The notes beneath the pieces were generated by a model, which was not told the DNA's origin, did not search any database, and saw only the letters and a program-made list of their open reading frames with translations. Below, in pieces: positions 12,965 through 26,579 of a stretch of DNA of 59,866 nucleotides. This stretch comes from Negaprion brevirostris (Eukaryota). Position 1 is the first letter of the stretch. Each line of letters opens with the position of its first letter. Both the position numbers and the translations under genes were made by a program. Where the stretch lies: positions 76,273,088-76,332,953 of the forward strand of contig JARDVH010000059.1 of NCBI GenBank assembly GCA_030324005.1. Direction: 5' to 3'.

Positions 12965-13285
12965 TGCAATGCTGAAAGAGTGCTGCATTTGAAACTGTTA
13001 TCTTTCATCTAAGATATTAAACTGGGGTCTCACCTGCTCTTTCAGATGGACACAGAAGATTTTATCCGTAGAAGCAGTGAGGTGTTTTCCCACTTTCCTG
13101 ACCAATACTTATCCCTTGACTGATCTCCCAAACAGATTGCCTGATCGCTATCTCATTGTACTTTGCTGAACCCAATTTGGATGCCATACTTTCCAGATTA
13201 CAGAAGTGACAAAACTTCAAGAAACTATTCCACTGGCTGGAGGGCTTCTTCTGCTTGGGAAAAATGCTGTAAGCAAGTTCTGTCT
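12965..13285 (+). mobile_element. Deu-domain SINE (SacSINE1/AmnSINE-like)
   Basis: gagtgctgca...aagatattaaactgggg...cctgaccaatacttatccct...aaacagattgcctgatc...gtgacaaaacttcaaga, recalled Deu-domain pattern. Confidence 0.7.
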
Positions 13286-13691
13286 AAATACAAATTTTAT
13301 GTATACAGAAGTTAAAATAAATTAGGGGTAATAACAGAATACATACCCAATAAATTAGAGATGCAGAGGGCAGATATGAACTAAGATTAGGTCAATGAAG
13401 GAAAGTGATCAAGAATAGACTGCCAAGAAGGATCCACAACAAGAATCTTATTTTAAGACACAATCTGTGTATTTTCTCTGGGCTTCTTATGCTCTGTTCC
13501 TATAACTTTGGAAGTTCAGCGGAAAGCCTTTGTGCACCTGCAACCAGGGATTCCACCAATCATGGCATTAGAATGCAGAGCTCCATGGAACACAAAAAAA
13601 AAGAGTGACATTAGACCATTTGGCCCCTCAAGCCTATTCTAACATTCAAAACAATCATGTCTGATCTTCTGCCTCAGCTCCATTTCCTCAC

Positions 13692-13825
13692 CCCAGCTTT
13701 GACGGTGGGTCATCAAGACTTGAAACGTTGGCTCTATTCTCTCTCCACAGATACTGTCAAACTATCATGTGTTTCTCTAGCATTTTCTGTTTTTGTTTCA
13801 GATTCCAGCATCCACAGTATTTCAC
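13692..13825 (+). mobile_element. Penelope-like terminal fragment inside a minus-strand CR1 remnant (13585-13990)
   Basis: tttgacggtgggtcatcaagacttgaaacgttggctctattctctctccacaga matches 40144-40195. Confidence 0.8.
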
Positions 13826-14229
13826 TTATATCCCAACTCTCTCCTTCCATGTGAATATTTACCCCCAACTCTAGATACTCTGTATGTCTAATAACCTTTC
13901 GTGTAACATTGTATCCAACGTCTGGCTCTCCTTTATCGACCCTACTAGTTACATACTCATAAAACCAATTCTTGTCAAACACTAGTTCACCCCAATAGAC
14001 GTGAAGTAAATTTAACATTCCTCAGTGCTCTCAAGGTAAACAATACTAAATATTACACATCCTGCATTATGAGTCTCATAACTGGATTGGTTTTAAAAAA
14101 AAGAAAATTGTATCGATTGAGAAGTCTTGATGAAGTGGCATCTGATGGAGCAATTCGGTTTTTTAAAATAATATCAACCTTGTTGAGCTGAAACCCAAGG
14201 ACTCCATATCCTTGCCATGTCTTTCTTTT

Positions 14230-14660
14230 AACTTAGGTCTCCACTTTCCACCACCATCCACCGTGTGCACCCCAGCTCACAACCACATAATTGCTGAAAC
14301 CCTATCAACTGAATAAATGACTTCTCCACCATCGTCCTCACTGATCTCCCTTCCTTAACATTTGGCAAAAGCATTTCAGACTCCGGTGGCATATCCTATC
14401 TCTGAAAGCCCATCACCCATATTGCTAACAAGGTCCATTAAACCCCTGCAAATCAACTTCAAGATCATTTGAAATCTTTTCATCGCCCAACTTCATTGGG
14501 CTTCCTCTGGCCATACATCCTCACTCACGTGGTCCTCCAACTTCACCAATGGAGGTTAGTTTTTTAGTTTCTGCATGCCAGCCCTCTGGCATTCTCTGGG
14601 TTGTTAACACCCTCTTAATTAAAACTCCCAAAAGCCACCGAAAAACTTATCTTCCTAGCA
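14230..14660 (+). mobile_element. Highly decayed L2 fragment
   Basis: gctgaaaccctat..., ttcaagat...aaatcttttcat, ccaatggagg; order parallels the other L2 copies. Confidence 0.5.
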
Positions 14661-15169
14661 ATGTGTTCTCCTGCAAATTATATTTCAATTGTTAAATGCT
14701 ATAAAAGTACTTTATACAATATGATGTGTTTAGTTTTCTGAATTTGTTGAACTCTTAAAGTGCTCTTTCAACCATTCTTCATACAATATAGGGTACACAA
14801 TTGTAACCTCTGAGCTCAATGGCAATGAGACAAGCATTCAAATTGGAGCAACAGTCTATTCACCAGGTCCATTTGTACAACACACTATTTCTACAAGTGG
14901 ATTTTAGTTAGCATTTGGAGATCTTGCACTGGGCACAGCCTTATTGAAAGGAAAATGCCAAGGTCTTAACTAGACCATTTAGATCCATATGAGATTTTAA
15001 TCATAGTTGCATATTCAACATCTGCACCAAGTGCATCCTCTAAAGTACAAAAGAAGAACAAGCTGTATCTGGCCCATCATTGCTCTATTAGCCCACTCTC
15101 AATCATTATAATGGAAGTAACATTGGCAGAACTATCAAGTGTCACTCACTCAGCAATAAATTGATTATC

Positions 15170-16360
15170 AATGTTCAGTTTGGGTTCCTCCTGGACCACT
15201 CTGCTCTAGACTTCTTTACAGTCTTGGTTCAAACATAGACAATAAAACTGAATTCCAGAGATATGGGAAATGTGGCCATCAGGGCAACATTTAAACTGAA
15301 GAAACATCAAATAACCCAAGCGAAACTAAAGTCAAAGGAGTTCAGAAGAAAACTTGCCACTGATTGCAATAATAACTAGCTCAAAAGGAAGGTAGTTCTG
15401 TGTATGAAGCCAATCATCCTAACCCCAGGACATCACTGCAGGAGTTCCTCATAATAATGATGTAGGTTCAACCATTTCAGCTGCTTATCACTGACTTTCA
15501 CTCCAACATGAGAAGTTGGGGTTTTGCAGGTAATTACAGTGTTTTTTTAAACCATTCATAACATCTCAAGGTACTGAGGCAGTCTGTGTCCACTTGCTGC
15601 GTTCCTATGGAAAACATTAGGCTTGCACTGGACATTGCCCACACCATTGTGTCATGTGAATGACCATCTCCAACAAGAATCTAACTATTCCCCTCTGATA
15701 TTAGCATCGAGTTTCCCACTATCGATATCCTAAGCGTTGCAAGCTTCTGGTCAATAAACTGAACAAACCACAAATACTGTGGCTACAAGAGCAGGTCAGA
15801 AGCTAGGAATTCTGCAGAGTGTACCTCACCTCCTGACTCTCAGTCTATTTACTATAAACAAGACACAAGTCAGGAGTATAATGGAATACTTACCTCTTGC
15901 CAGAGACCACTTGGACCCTGATGAGACACTCATGAAACTTGACACCATCCTAGACAAAGCAGTCCATTTGATTGGCACCCTATTCACCACTTAAAACATT
16001 CACTCCCTTCACCTTTGGCACACTGTGACTGCACATACAAAGTACTACTCACCAAGACTGTCAATAGCAGCTTACAAATTTGTGACAAGGGCAGGTGACG
16101 CATGGAAATACTCTAACCTGCCAACTCCCTTCCAAGTCACACACCATCCTGACTTGGAACTATTTTGTCATTCCTTCACTGTTGCTGGGTTAAAATCCTG
16201 GAACTCCCTTTCCAGCAGCGTTATAGCTTTGTACTCACACCAGACCTGCTGCAAAGGCTGAAAGCAGTGACTCACCATCATCTTGTCAAAGGCAGTTACG
16301 GATGGACAACAATGCTGGCCCTGACCGCAATGCTCACATCCCATGAAAGAATGAAAATTC
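15170..16360 (+). mobile_element. CR1-like LINE, RT through 3' end
   Basis: actgcaggagttcctca (~AGVPQ); ORF 15779 RAGQKLGIL...KTQVRSIMEY; 3' tail ctcacatcccatgaaagaatgaaa. Confidence 0.88.
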
Positions 16361-17409
16361 ACCAGTTTTGCCAGTCACTTAAACAGAAGGTTAAATATCA
16401 GGGCCTTCTAGATACAGCTGCAAATTAGGCAATCTATACGACTTGCCTTTTCTCAACATGGTCATCTCTTTCCTTAGGGTAATCACAGTAGTTTCCTCAT
16501 AGACTACACCAGACAATGTGTACATAGTCCATTAGATTTCCACAGACTATGGCATACCCAAGATACATGGATGTAATCAAATGAGCAAGAAAATACATAA
16601 TTTACAATATTTTTGAAGACAATTAAGTCAACTTTATAGTCATAGTTTATAGTTAACACTCAAACCATGTTTCAAATTCACATTTCTTTGTAATTATAGA
16701 CCAGCTAAATTGTCACAGCTTGTCTAGATTGAGACGGGTTCTGTAGAGACTGGAAATCCTTTTAAGGGAAAGCAACTGCTCTGGAAAATTCAAGCAGCTA
16801 TTTAGTTTTCATTATACCATAAAACAAAAACCATCTGTCAAGCCATTTGATGAATTCCACAATTTTGCAATTTTTTTTCCAATAATGTTGCTCCAAAGAA
16901 GAACTGAAACTTATTACCTCCCATTTTTTCTCGAGTCTAATCAAACATTTTCAGAGATATGCATGTTTAGTAGTTATTTAGACAAACTATTCTCATTACT
17001 TTATTTTACAAACTTTTGAAAGACCAATTGTGATTCACCTTCAATTTCTGCAAATCATGTCTGTAAACGGAATTGCAGGAATCAATGGCCATCTGGAATC
17101 AGACTCATGGTGAATACTGAACCTCAGTATGTTGGCAGAGGAACGTTTTAGAGATACAAACATCATTCACGTTTGGCCCTTTTCTTCCTCATATGCTGGT
17201 GAAGACTTGAATGAATTGTTAAAATTTGTTCCCGTCTGCTTCTCTTTCACTGCCCAAGTTTCATTTCCCCCCCCCCAATGAAGACATGGAACTATACCCT
17301 TGAAATGAGTTAATGAGGGAGTCACAAACTATCCAGCTGTTTAGGTCTGTGTACATGCGCCAACCATGTGTTACAGATGTAGGGCATTACAGAACTGTTC
17401 TGTACTCAC

Positions 17410-17433
17410 CTGAAATTTACAAAAACCTTCTTC
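17410..17433 (-). other. Candidate 24-nt microexon
   Basis: Minus strand: attttactgctccttcag|GAAGAAGGTTTTTGTAAATTTCAG|gtgagta; good acceptor and donor, length divisible by 3. Confidence 0.3.
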
Positions 17434-17689
17434 CTGAAGGAGCAGTAAAATTGTCTGACGTTGTTTTCCTTAAATGAACTCCCGGTCATTGGTAGCACCC
17501 AGAACATAGAATTAAACACAGGGAACCTTTTTTTGGGCCTGAATGATGCAGCTATCCACTGCATAAGTATGCTAAGCCATCAGGTGAACTATAGAAATTT
17601 ACTATCTAATAGGCAAAATGCCCAGCACCAGCATCAGATTGATGACTTTGCACCACTCACTAAAAGTAGTTCTGTTGCAATTTGTTCGA

Positions 17690-19110
17690 AACGTGGATGA
17701 CACTGGCAAGCCACATCTATTGCTCAACCTGGGATACCCTAAAAAAGCTGCAGAGAGCCTTCTCCTTGAACCACTACAGTCTTGTGATGTTGGTGCTCCT
17801 GCATTGTTATTGGTTAGAAAATTCCAGTGGTCCAGCAACAAATATTGGCAACATGTCTCCTACATGTATCATGGGTGCTGTTGAGGCGAACCTTTAAATT
17901 GTGAAGGTCTACCCTGTGAATGATGCATTTTGAAGCCACAGTGCAGTGGGGTAGAATATTCCCTTTAGTGGCAGAGATGTGGTCAACCACATTGCTTTGC
18001 TCGGAATAGTACCAAGCTTCTGGAATGTTGTTCATCAGTCCAGGCAAGTCATCAGTACTGTCTCACACTAACCCCATGTGTTACCAACCCCACAGGATTG
18101 TTTCAGGGCCTTCAGGAACGTATGATTAATCCTCAGGGTAATAGTGGGAGGAATAAGGACCGAGATCACAGCAGCACTGAAAAAAAAACATTTTCTTTCC
18201 AAACTTTTAATTATAAAAAAGCTGGCATTGGGCAAGTAAAGGCTGTATGAACAAGAGTCAAAAATCATCCAATTAGATAATGTAAAGTCTGTTCACTGTC
18301 TAAATTGTGTGGGAAGGCTTGGCATAGTAAGAATGGACACATTGGATGACCAATTTTTCTGCAAGTGGGTGGCGGGACAATTAGGGAGAGAACATGTGGC
18401 ATAAAGTTCAGGATTACATCCCGCCAGAGTTGGCAGCCGTGTCCTGATTTGAGTGTTGTAAACTTTTGTCATATATTTCAGGAGTGGAAGTCAGCCACTG
18501 GTAATAGAACACGCAGCCTTTCCCCTGCTCTGTAGCAATGGCATGGCTATGGTTGGTACATTTATCTCCTGGTCATTGGTGCTTGCAAAAATGCTTATGG
18601 TGGTGCAAGTGCTGATAATAAGTGCCAGTGAAAGTCAGGTTGTAGGGCAGTTTCTTGCTACCAATGGGCATTACCTGCCACTTATGTAGCACAATTTTTA
18701 CCTGCCGCTTATCAATTCAAATCTGGATGCTGGGCCTGATGAAATCATAAGCAAACAGCTTCAATTCTGATCTTGTGGTGGAGTGAAAAATCATTGATGA
18801 AACACTCAAATTTGACTAAGCTAAAGCGATGCCTTAAGGAATGTTCTGGAACATATTTTGCTTTGGAGAACCAATTAAAGCTCTCATGATCCCTTTTGAA
18901 CTCACTTCTGCTAATGCAACTCAACATCAGACTTAGTTGAATGGTACCTTGCTGTCAATGATAGTTATCTTATCCCTCCTCTGACATTCAGCTCAATCCA
19001 TATCAAGATGTAATGAGCTCTAAAGCTGAGCAAACATCAGTAAGCAGATTATTTATGAGTTGGTCCCACTTGTTGACACATTTAGTGAATCTTTCTACCA
19101 CTTTGCTGAT
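17690..19110 (-). mobile_element. CR1-like LINE, decayed
   Basis: Reverse complement of the 3' tail at 17690-17800 and of RT segments (ttgaatggtaccttgctgtcaatg; agcagattatttatgag). Confidence 0.75.
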
Positions 19111-20599
19111 AATGTACAGTCAAATATATATTTTGCTTTTAATATCTACAATACTTCAGGAGTCCGAAATCATTTAAACTAGACAGTTATGCAAAATTAG
19201 AATTTCAGGCTTCATTACTCAAGCTTTGGACAAAGATATCAGGCTTTCAATAAGGCATGCTAATTGAATATTACAATAAAAAAATCTAGTTGCTTTAAAT
19301 ATTAAATGGGTAATTACTAGAAACCTGCTGCAAGAAAAATTCTGAAATTTTGTTTTTGACTCTTAAAAGTTGATGCTTTTTTGCCATCACGGCCCACTCT
19401 TCTTGTCTGAGCAACACCTCGAGTGCAGAGCAGTAACTCTATTCAATGGAAGCAGGCATTAGCCCAATATGAATTCCACAAATCAGAAGGAATAATTCAA
19501 CAGAAGAGCTGCTTTCTGGCTCATGCTATATATGTTAGTTGATAAAGTAGAAAGCAAGAATACATGCAACTAAATTGAGCAAAATGACAAAGTACATGTA
19601 AAATGGATCTTGAACTCACGTCCTGATTGAGTGTCCATTACGCCATTGTTTTGAGCTCAAAAGACGCACCGCTCCAGTCAAAGGCACACTTTTCAGTTCT
19701 TTGAAAATTAAATTAGGCAAACATTATGTAATAGTGAAATAATCACATTACCCACGTCCTCTAAAGGCTGCAAGGGCAGAATGAAAGATAAACACTAAGG
19801 ACTTAACACTGGTAAATGAAACCAAAAATAAAAGCAACTAAGGAATTTAATTGTCTTTCATTTTCAATTTCTATTAAGAATGTGACATCTCCTGGCCGTG
19901 AAAGACATGACATGATTAGAATTATCCCCAAAATACTGGACAGCATTTGACGGAAAACAAATGGCTTAAGGACATAATTCTCTAAAATCCATACATTACT
20001 GCTACAGCAAACAGTTTGCCCAATGTTTTGTCAAAAAGGATGGCCATGATTTATACTCATAAGCTACAAATGAATACAAAGCTGAATCACTTTAATTTAA
20101 TTTGTGCAAACTCATTGCAATTAGATTTCTACCAAACACAGTGGGATGTTCTCTCTCTCTCAACCACCCTGCTGTTCACCATGAAAATGGCAATCATAAG
20201 GTAGGAGAGAAGAGCAAGGGGCTAGCCATTTACAATTGGAATGAGAAATTAAGAGTTGTCAATTGTTTTTCAATTTAACTCACAAGTAACATTTTTATAA
20301 TTAAACAAAGTAATATTGTTAAAATTGAACACAGAGCTGCCCTTTTCAGATAAATATTCAAAACAGGGGTCACTGTAGAACTTTATCCTGCTGTATTTCT
20401 TCAAATTAGAACCTAATCCAACATTTCTCCTGCATGCATTGTACCTCAGGGGGTTCTGTGTACTCATTTGTTGAGCATATTCAAGATGGTAATTGATGGA
20501 TTTAAATCAACGCAGATAGTGCAGGATAATGAGAGTTCATTTGCATTTTCAGCCACAATCTTATTGAATGGCAAAGCAGGGGCCAAACAAGAGTCACAG

Positions 20600-20700
20600 A
20601 AGAATCAAAACTTCAAGACTGTTTTTCTCCACAGATGCTGCCTGAGCTGTTGAGTCTTTTCAGCATTTTCTGGTGTGTTTCAGATTTCCAGTATCTGTCT
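20600..20700 (+). mobile_element. Penelope-like terminal fragment
   Basis: ttctccacagatgctgcctgagctgttgagtctttcagcattttctg...tttcagatttccagtatctg. Confidence 0.75.
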
Positions 20701-21209
20701 TTTATCTTGAATCTCCAGGCAATTCATTTTAAAATGTGTAAACTATTCCGCATTTAACACAGATATACAGATAACTAACTTGAACAGGTTTACAGTGATC
20801 TGTTCAAGAGTATTTATATATTGCATAAAATTTGCTACTACAGGCCAGTAATAAAAATCGTGAATATCGTAATCAAGAAATACTTCAGTAAGGAGCCATT
20901 AAATGTGAATACCTTGTTACTGAACTCACTATCAAATTAAATGGAATGTACAGTAAAGGAACAGACCATTCCTCTCATCCACCTATACAGATGTTGATAC
21001 AGCTCCCCACTGTATCTCTAATTATTTTTTCTTATCCTGCCCTCACATCTCACTATCCCTTTCTTGCTCATATACCAATCAAGACCCTTTTTAAATGCAC
21101 CAACTATTCTGTTCAGCAATGAATTCCAAATCCTTCCAACTTTAAGGAGGAGCAATTCCAAGGTTAGTTGATTGTGCAGAAGATCAATGGTGAATTTGCA
21201 GCTTGCAAG

Positions 21210-21550
21210 ATTCTTTCATGGGTTGTGGGCAGCACTGACATTATTGCCCGTCTCTAATTGCCCCTGAACCCAGCAGCTTGTTTAAGAGCACACTGTTGTG
21301 GGTCTCAAGTCCCCAGGCCAGATAAGGGTGACACATTTCCTGCCCTAAAGAGAATAATAAACCAGATGGGTTTAGACAGCAATGATAGTTTCATGACCAA
21401 CACTATTGTGACTGAAGCTATTTCAAATTTTTTTGATTTTTAAAATTAAAAAAATTGAACTTTCACCAACTGCCATGGTGGGATTTGAACCCATGTCCCT
21501 AAGGCATCATCTTAGGCTTCTGGATTATTAGTCCAGTGACATTACCATTC
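21210..21550 (-). mobile_element. tRNA-derived SINE sharing its 5' body and 3' tail with the CR1-like LINE
   Basis: Minus strand ggtaatgtcactggactaataatccag...gggttcaaatccc (B box)...ggggcaattagagacgggcaataa...cccatgaaagaa. Confidence 0.85.
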
Positions 21551-22099
21551 CCCATAATGCATCTCTTATTATACACTGCAGCAACAAATGGAAATGATGA
21601 TTGGGCAAGATAAAGTAGGCTGAAAATTCGATACTTCCCGTTTTACATTCACCCAATGATTAGAGATAGAAATGTTGCCTGGGAGATGTTCTTTTTAAAT
21701 TAAAAATTGTAACATACCCAAACGATTGAACTGCACTAACATGGCTGCCAGCAGAAACAAATTTAGCTGGGATTTTAATTGGTCTCTGAAGCTTGCAACT
21801 ACAGACAGATAGAGCCAGAATTTCCATTTCAACTCTTGTTATACCATTGGGCATGCAGCAAATTTCCCCCATGATCTTACCTAAGACAACAAGAAGGTGG
21901 AGCAGCAAGAGTCTATCACCACCACCAAGATTTTCCTTCCCAAGACACAAGACACTCCANNNNNNCATTCTCTATCTCCATACAGGGAGAAATGGGACCT
22001 AGGTTCCCAGTGGATTTTCCACAGAGGCCCAAGATTTAATTGAGCCTTACGTGGGATAATCTTAAAAAAAATCTTCAATTTTTATACCAAGACACTTCA

Positions 22100-22340
22100 C
22101 AAGAGCATTTTTCAACTAAACTTGATACTGAGCCACATAAGGGGATACTTGGGATTGTTGATCAAATGCTTGATAAAGGAGATTAGCTTTAAAAGGAGCA
22201 TATTCAAAAAAGGAGAGAGAGCATATCAAGGGACAGAGGATGAACGTCAGAACCAAGTGCTAAGCCAGCTGAAGGCATGGCCGTCAATGGTACAGGAAAG
22301 AAAATTGGGATATGCAAGAGGCCAGAATTGGAGGGTGCGA
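22100..22340 (-). mobile_element. L2 3' fragment
   Basis: actgagccacataaggg...gatcaaatgcttgataaagg...ggcatggccgtcaatgg, reverse of 3830-3975 and 12685-12820. Confidence 0.7.
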
Positions 22341-23284
22341 TAACTTGAGGTAACTTGACGTGGCAAAAACTAACCAAGGATTTATTGATAACAGCCACCA
22401 TATACAACAAAGGGTTTAACACCACAACAATACCCGTCTACTCCTCACAACACCCTGACTCCAACTGAGGCCCTCTAGCCCCAGGAACCCTCATTCTCTC
22501 TCCTGATTCATGTGTTCACACACTGGTCATGTGGACAATGAAAGAGCGCATCATAAATGGACCACACTACCACAGAGGACCAGAGAGATTAGAAAGATTT
22601 TTAGGGTCATAGATGATCAGAAGAATGCTTCTGCAGCTGTAATGTCCCTGGCTGGACTTTCTGCTTTTACTGCAACTACAGCATTCCACCACTGGCAGGC
22701 TCCCGCTCAGCTGTAGAATTCCTGCCATGAGCCTGTTACATAATCACCCCCAACACAGGACATTGGATTGTTGCCAGGGTGGATAGAGAAGGGGTGTAAA
22801 TTTACGGTATAAATTTTATTCTGCTGTTGCTCTTCCTCAAAGTGGAAAATTCTTATTTTTAGTGGCTATCATTGCTCGATATTGAAAAGTGCTAACACAC
22901 ACCAGCACCACTGGCTTACAAAGCACAGTAGCTAAACGCTAATTCCCCGTGGAAAGAGCATGACATAGAAATTTTCGATGCACGTTGAAATTTACTGTTG
23001 TAGCCCACTTGGTGATTTGAATACAAAATAGGTATTACCTAAGATATGGCAGTGAAGTGTCAAAACTGCCAGACATAAGTCAGTAGGTGTTCTGCAACGC
23101 ATTGTGAGATCTCAGCAGACCCACAAAGTAGATATGACAATGAAAAGAAAGGGTGAAGTGGTGGTGTCCTTCCTTCTGCAATTTCAATTACTTCCAAAGG
23201 TTATTGATATATGTGGTTCTTTACTTATTTTAAATATAAATGGACCCTATTTATCTCTTGTATTTTATTTCATTATCCTGATTG

Positions 23285-23740
23285 AGCATCAGCCTTGGCT
23301 AGAAGCAGCACTCTAGCCTTTGAGTCAGAAAGTCATGGCTTCAAGCTGGTTCAGAAATAGGAGCTCTTAATCTAGCCTCACACTGCAGAAGAGTACAGGG
23401 AGTGCTGCACTGACAGAGGTACCACCTTCTCGACAAAAATGATGTACAGTCTCATCCATCATATATTCCCTATACTACAACAGTGACGACACTTCAATAG
23501 TATCTCACTGATTGTAAAAGGTGCTTGGGGAAACGTCTAGTGGTCATGAAAAATGCATCACATGACACTACTCAAAGAGCAGGGGAGTTTTCTGTGCCTT
23601 GGTTGACATTTATCCCTCAAAGTTTACCTCATTTGTGGGTTCTTGCTGCACACGATGTGGCTGCCATACTTCCCCAAGTCACTACTTAATTTGTGAAACA
23701 TCGTGAGGATGTGAAAGGTGCTATATAAAATGCGGTTTCT
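23285..23740 (+). mobile_element. Deu-domain SINE(s), rearranged or two partial copies
   Basis: gagtcagaaagtcatggcttcaag...gggagtgctgcactg; aagagcaggggagtttt...atttatccctcaa; tail gtgaaaggtgctatataaaatgc. Confidence 0.7.
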
Positions 23741-24052
23741 ATCCGTTTTTGGAGTTTATTGACATCCCTCAGCCTCTTGTTTGTTTCTTAAGCGGCTCAC
23801 TGATCGATCCTATTTCTGAAGGCTTTACCTGTTAACAATTATCATGTTCCAGACCACTGTGGGACACTGAGTTCAGAATTTTGTTCTGCTTACACTTTTG
23901 ATATACATCTCAACATTTTAATGCTACATTTAACATGCAATAAAATCGATCTTAGCTGCATTTTCTGCTCCCTCACCATTTTCCTTGCATTAACTGAAAG
24001 TTAAAAACAAATCAAGGACAGCTAGAAAAGGGTGAGGATTTTCTCCAGAGAT

Positions 24053-24072
24053 AGAGAGAGAGAGAGAGAGAG
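24053..24072. repeat. (AG)n microsatellite
   Basis: agagagagagagagagagag. Confidence 0.9.
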
Positions 24073-24125
24073 GAAGATTGTTTTCACAGTCAGAGCAAAA
24101 ACTTACTGCACAAGTTGTCATGGCA

Positions 24126-26000
24126 GGGAATGGTGGTACAGTACTGGCTAGTAAACCAGAGACTGAGACTAATGGTCTGGGGACAGGAGTTCAAATCCCA
24201 TCACAGTAGAAGAAATTTAAAGCCAATTAATTAATAAATTTGGATTTAAAGGGTTTCACAGTCATCCTTGTTGTAAAGGCCATCGGGTTTATCAATATTT
24301 GTTTGTGGAAGAAATTTAGTCTTCTAGTGTGTTCTGGCCTACACGCCACTCATGACTCTTGATCCTAGCTGAAATAGCCTAGCAAGCCACTTAAGTCAAA
24401 AAGGAATGGAACCAGATGGACCACCCAGCATTGAACCCAGCACTGGAAACAACAATGGCTGGCCAAGTTGACCCTGCCAGTCCACTTTATTAATATCTGG
24501 GGGTTTGAGAGAGCAGTAGCCTTATACAGCCTGATATATTCACACTCACTAATTTATATCATACAGCTAATGTCCCTGACACCTCTATGACTGGCAAGAC
24601 AGAGCCACCACGTGTGGCAACATGGTGATATATCATCAAGAGGGGTTGCTCTGAGAGTCCTCAACATTGACTCCTGACCACATGAGGCATCATGGCATCA
24701 GGTCAAACACAGGCAAGGAAACCTCCTGCTGATTNNNNNNNNNNNNNNNNNNNNNNNNNNNNNNNNNNNNNNNNNNNNNNNNNNNNNNNNNNNNNNNNNN
24801 NNNNNNNNNNNNNNNNNNNNNNNNNNNNNNNNNNNNNNNNNNNNNNGATGTGGGACTTCCATGCCCATTCCATAAGACTGTTTCAGCAACATAACTACTG
24901 CCCGAGAGCTGCAGGATACATTTGTGCGATTGATGAATCAATCAACAGGAATCTACTTGACTTTGTCCTCACCATCTCAGCTGCATCTGTCCCAAGGAAG
25001 TGCCAGGAATGAATGCCAGCATAGCTTTGCCAGAATGAAGTCCCATCTTCACATTGAGAATCCACCATGTTTTGTGGCACCACAGCAGTTGTAGGTGGGA
25101 TAGATTCTGAACAGAAGCAGTTCAAAACTGGGCATCCATAAGGTGCTGAAGGCTATCAGCAGAAACTGATGCCCACAATCTGACTGCATGGCCTAGCATT
25201 TCCCTTGTTCTACCAGCACCATCAAGTTGGAGGATCAAGCCTTGTTCACTGAAAAGTGCAAAAGAGCATGCCAGGAGCAGCAGCTGGAGTACTGTGAATA
25301 TCAGGCTGATGCTCTCCCAAACAGCCCCAGATGTTTAAAAAAAAAAAAGAGGTGCCAACTTGGTGAAGCTGAAACACAGGACTACATGCATGCACGCTAA
25401 ACCGTAGAAGCAGCATGCAATGGACAGAGCTAAGCAGTCCCACAACCAATGGACAAAGTTCTACAGTCACAAATGATGGGGGATTTGGAGGAGACTTCAC
25501 AAATACCCCATCTTCATGGATGGGGGAATCCAGCATGTCAGTGCAAGAGATTGGCTGGAGCATTTGCAGCCATTGTCAGTCAAAAATGCCAAGGGGATGA
25601 TCCATCTTGTCTTACTCCTAATCTACTCACCATCACAGACACTATTCATCAGGCAATTTGATTCACTCCACATGATATCAGGAAACAGCTGCAGGTAATG
25701 GATACAATGGGACCTGACAACATCTCAGCTGTAGTGTTGAAGACATGTGCTCCAGAACTAGCCATGCCCCAAGCTAAGCTACAATTCTGGTACCTACTCA
25801 ACAATTTGGAAAATTTCCCAGGAACCTCCTGTCTACAAAAAGCAAAACAAATCCAACCCAGCCAATTACCACCGCATGAGTCCACTGCCAAATCAACAAG
25901 GTGATGGAAGACATCATCAACAGTGCTACCAAACAATATTTACACAGGAATAACCTGCTTACCAATGCTCAGCTTGAATCCTGCTTAACCTCATTACAGG
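24126..26000 (+). mobile_element. CR1-like LINE 5' portion: tRNA-like head, APE endonuclease, start of RT
   Basis: B box gttcaaatcc at 24189-24198. Endonuclease motifs aatatctgggggttt (~NIWGL), cagcctgatatattc (~QPDI), tggcatcaggtcaaacac (~WHQVKH), gggacttccatgcc (~GDFNVH). ORF 25698 MGPDNISAVVLKTCAPELA. Confidence 0.85.
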
Positions 26001-26579
26001 AGGTGCAAAATAGGACTCCCCATTCTACCACTACAAGTTTGACTGTAACTGTATTTTTGTGAACGTTCAATGATGACGATATTTACTCAAAGTCTTTGTT
26101 TAATCATTTGTCTGTCGATTGCAAAAAACAAACCAAATCCGGCAGTTTTTCTTGGGTTTTAAAACAAAGAAAAAAGCAATCTCAAATCTAACCAGGTAAA
26201 GATATAAAAATATTTAAAAAGGATAAATTCACATCTCAACTTTTGCAATACACCCACACAAGAATGCAGAATTACATACAATGCTTTCTTAGTATAGTAG
26301 TTACTTTCTTAGCCAAATTAACATTCAAAGCTAAGAAGAAAATAAAACAAAAAAAAACACTGTTTATGAGTCAGTGTATCTAGGAATGTCAGAAAAATTC
26401 ACATGGGAATTTTGCAGAAACTGGTCAACTTGCAATACCAAACGTCAGATGACTTGTGGCAGCCACTTTAAGTGTGTTCACTAACTTGTTTTTAAAAAGG
26501 CCTTCCTAAACATTTCAACATATATGTTGGATCAGCCAATGAAATTGCATATTGGTATCACTCATGCACAAGTCACAAT

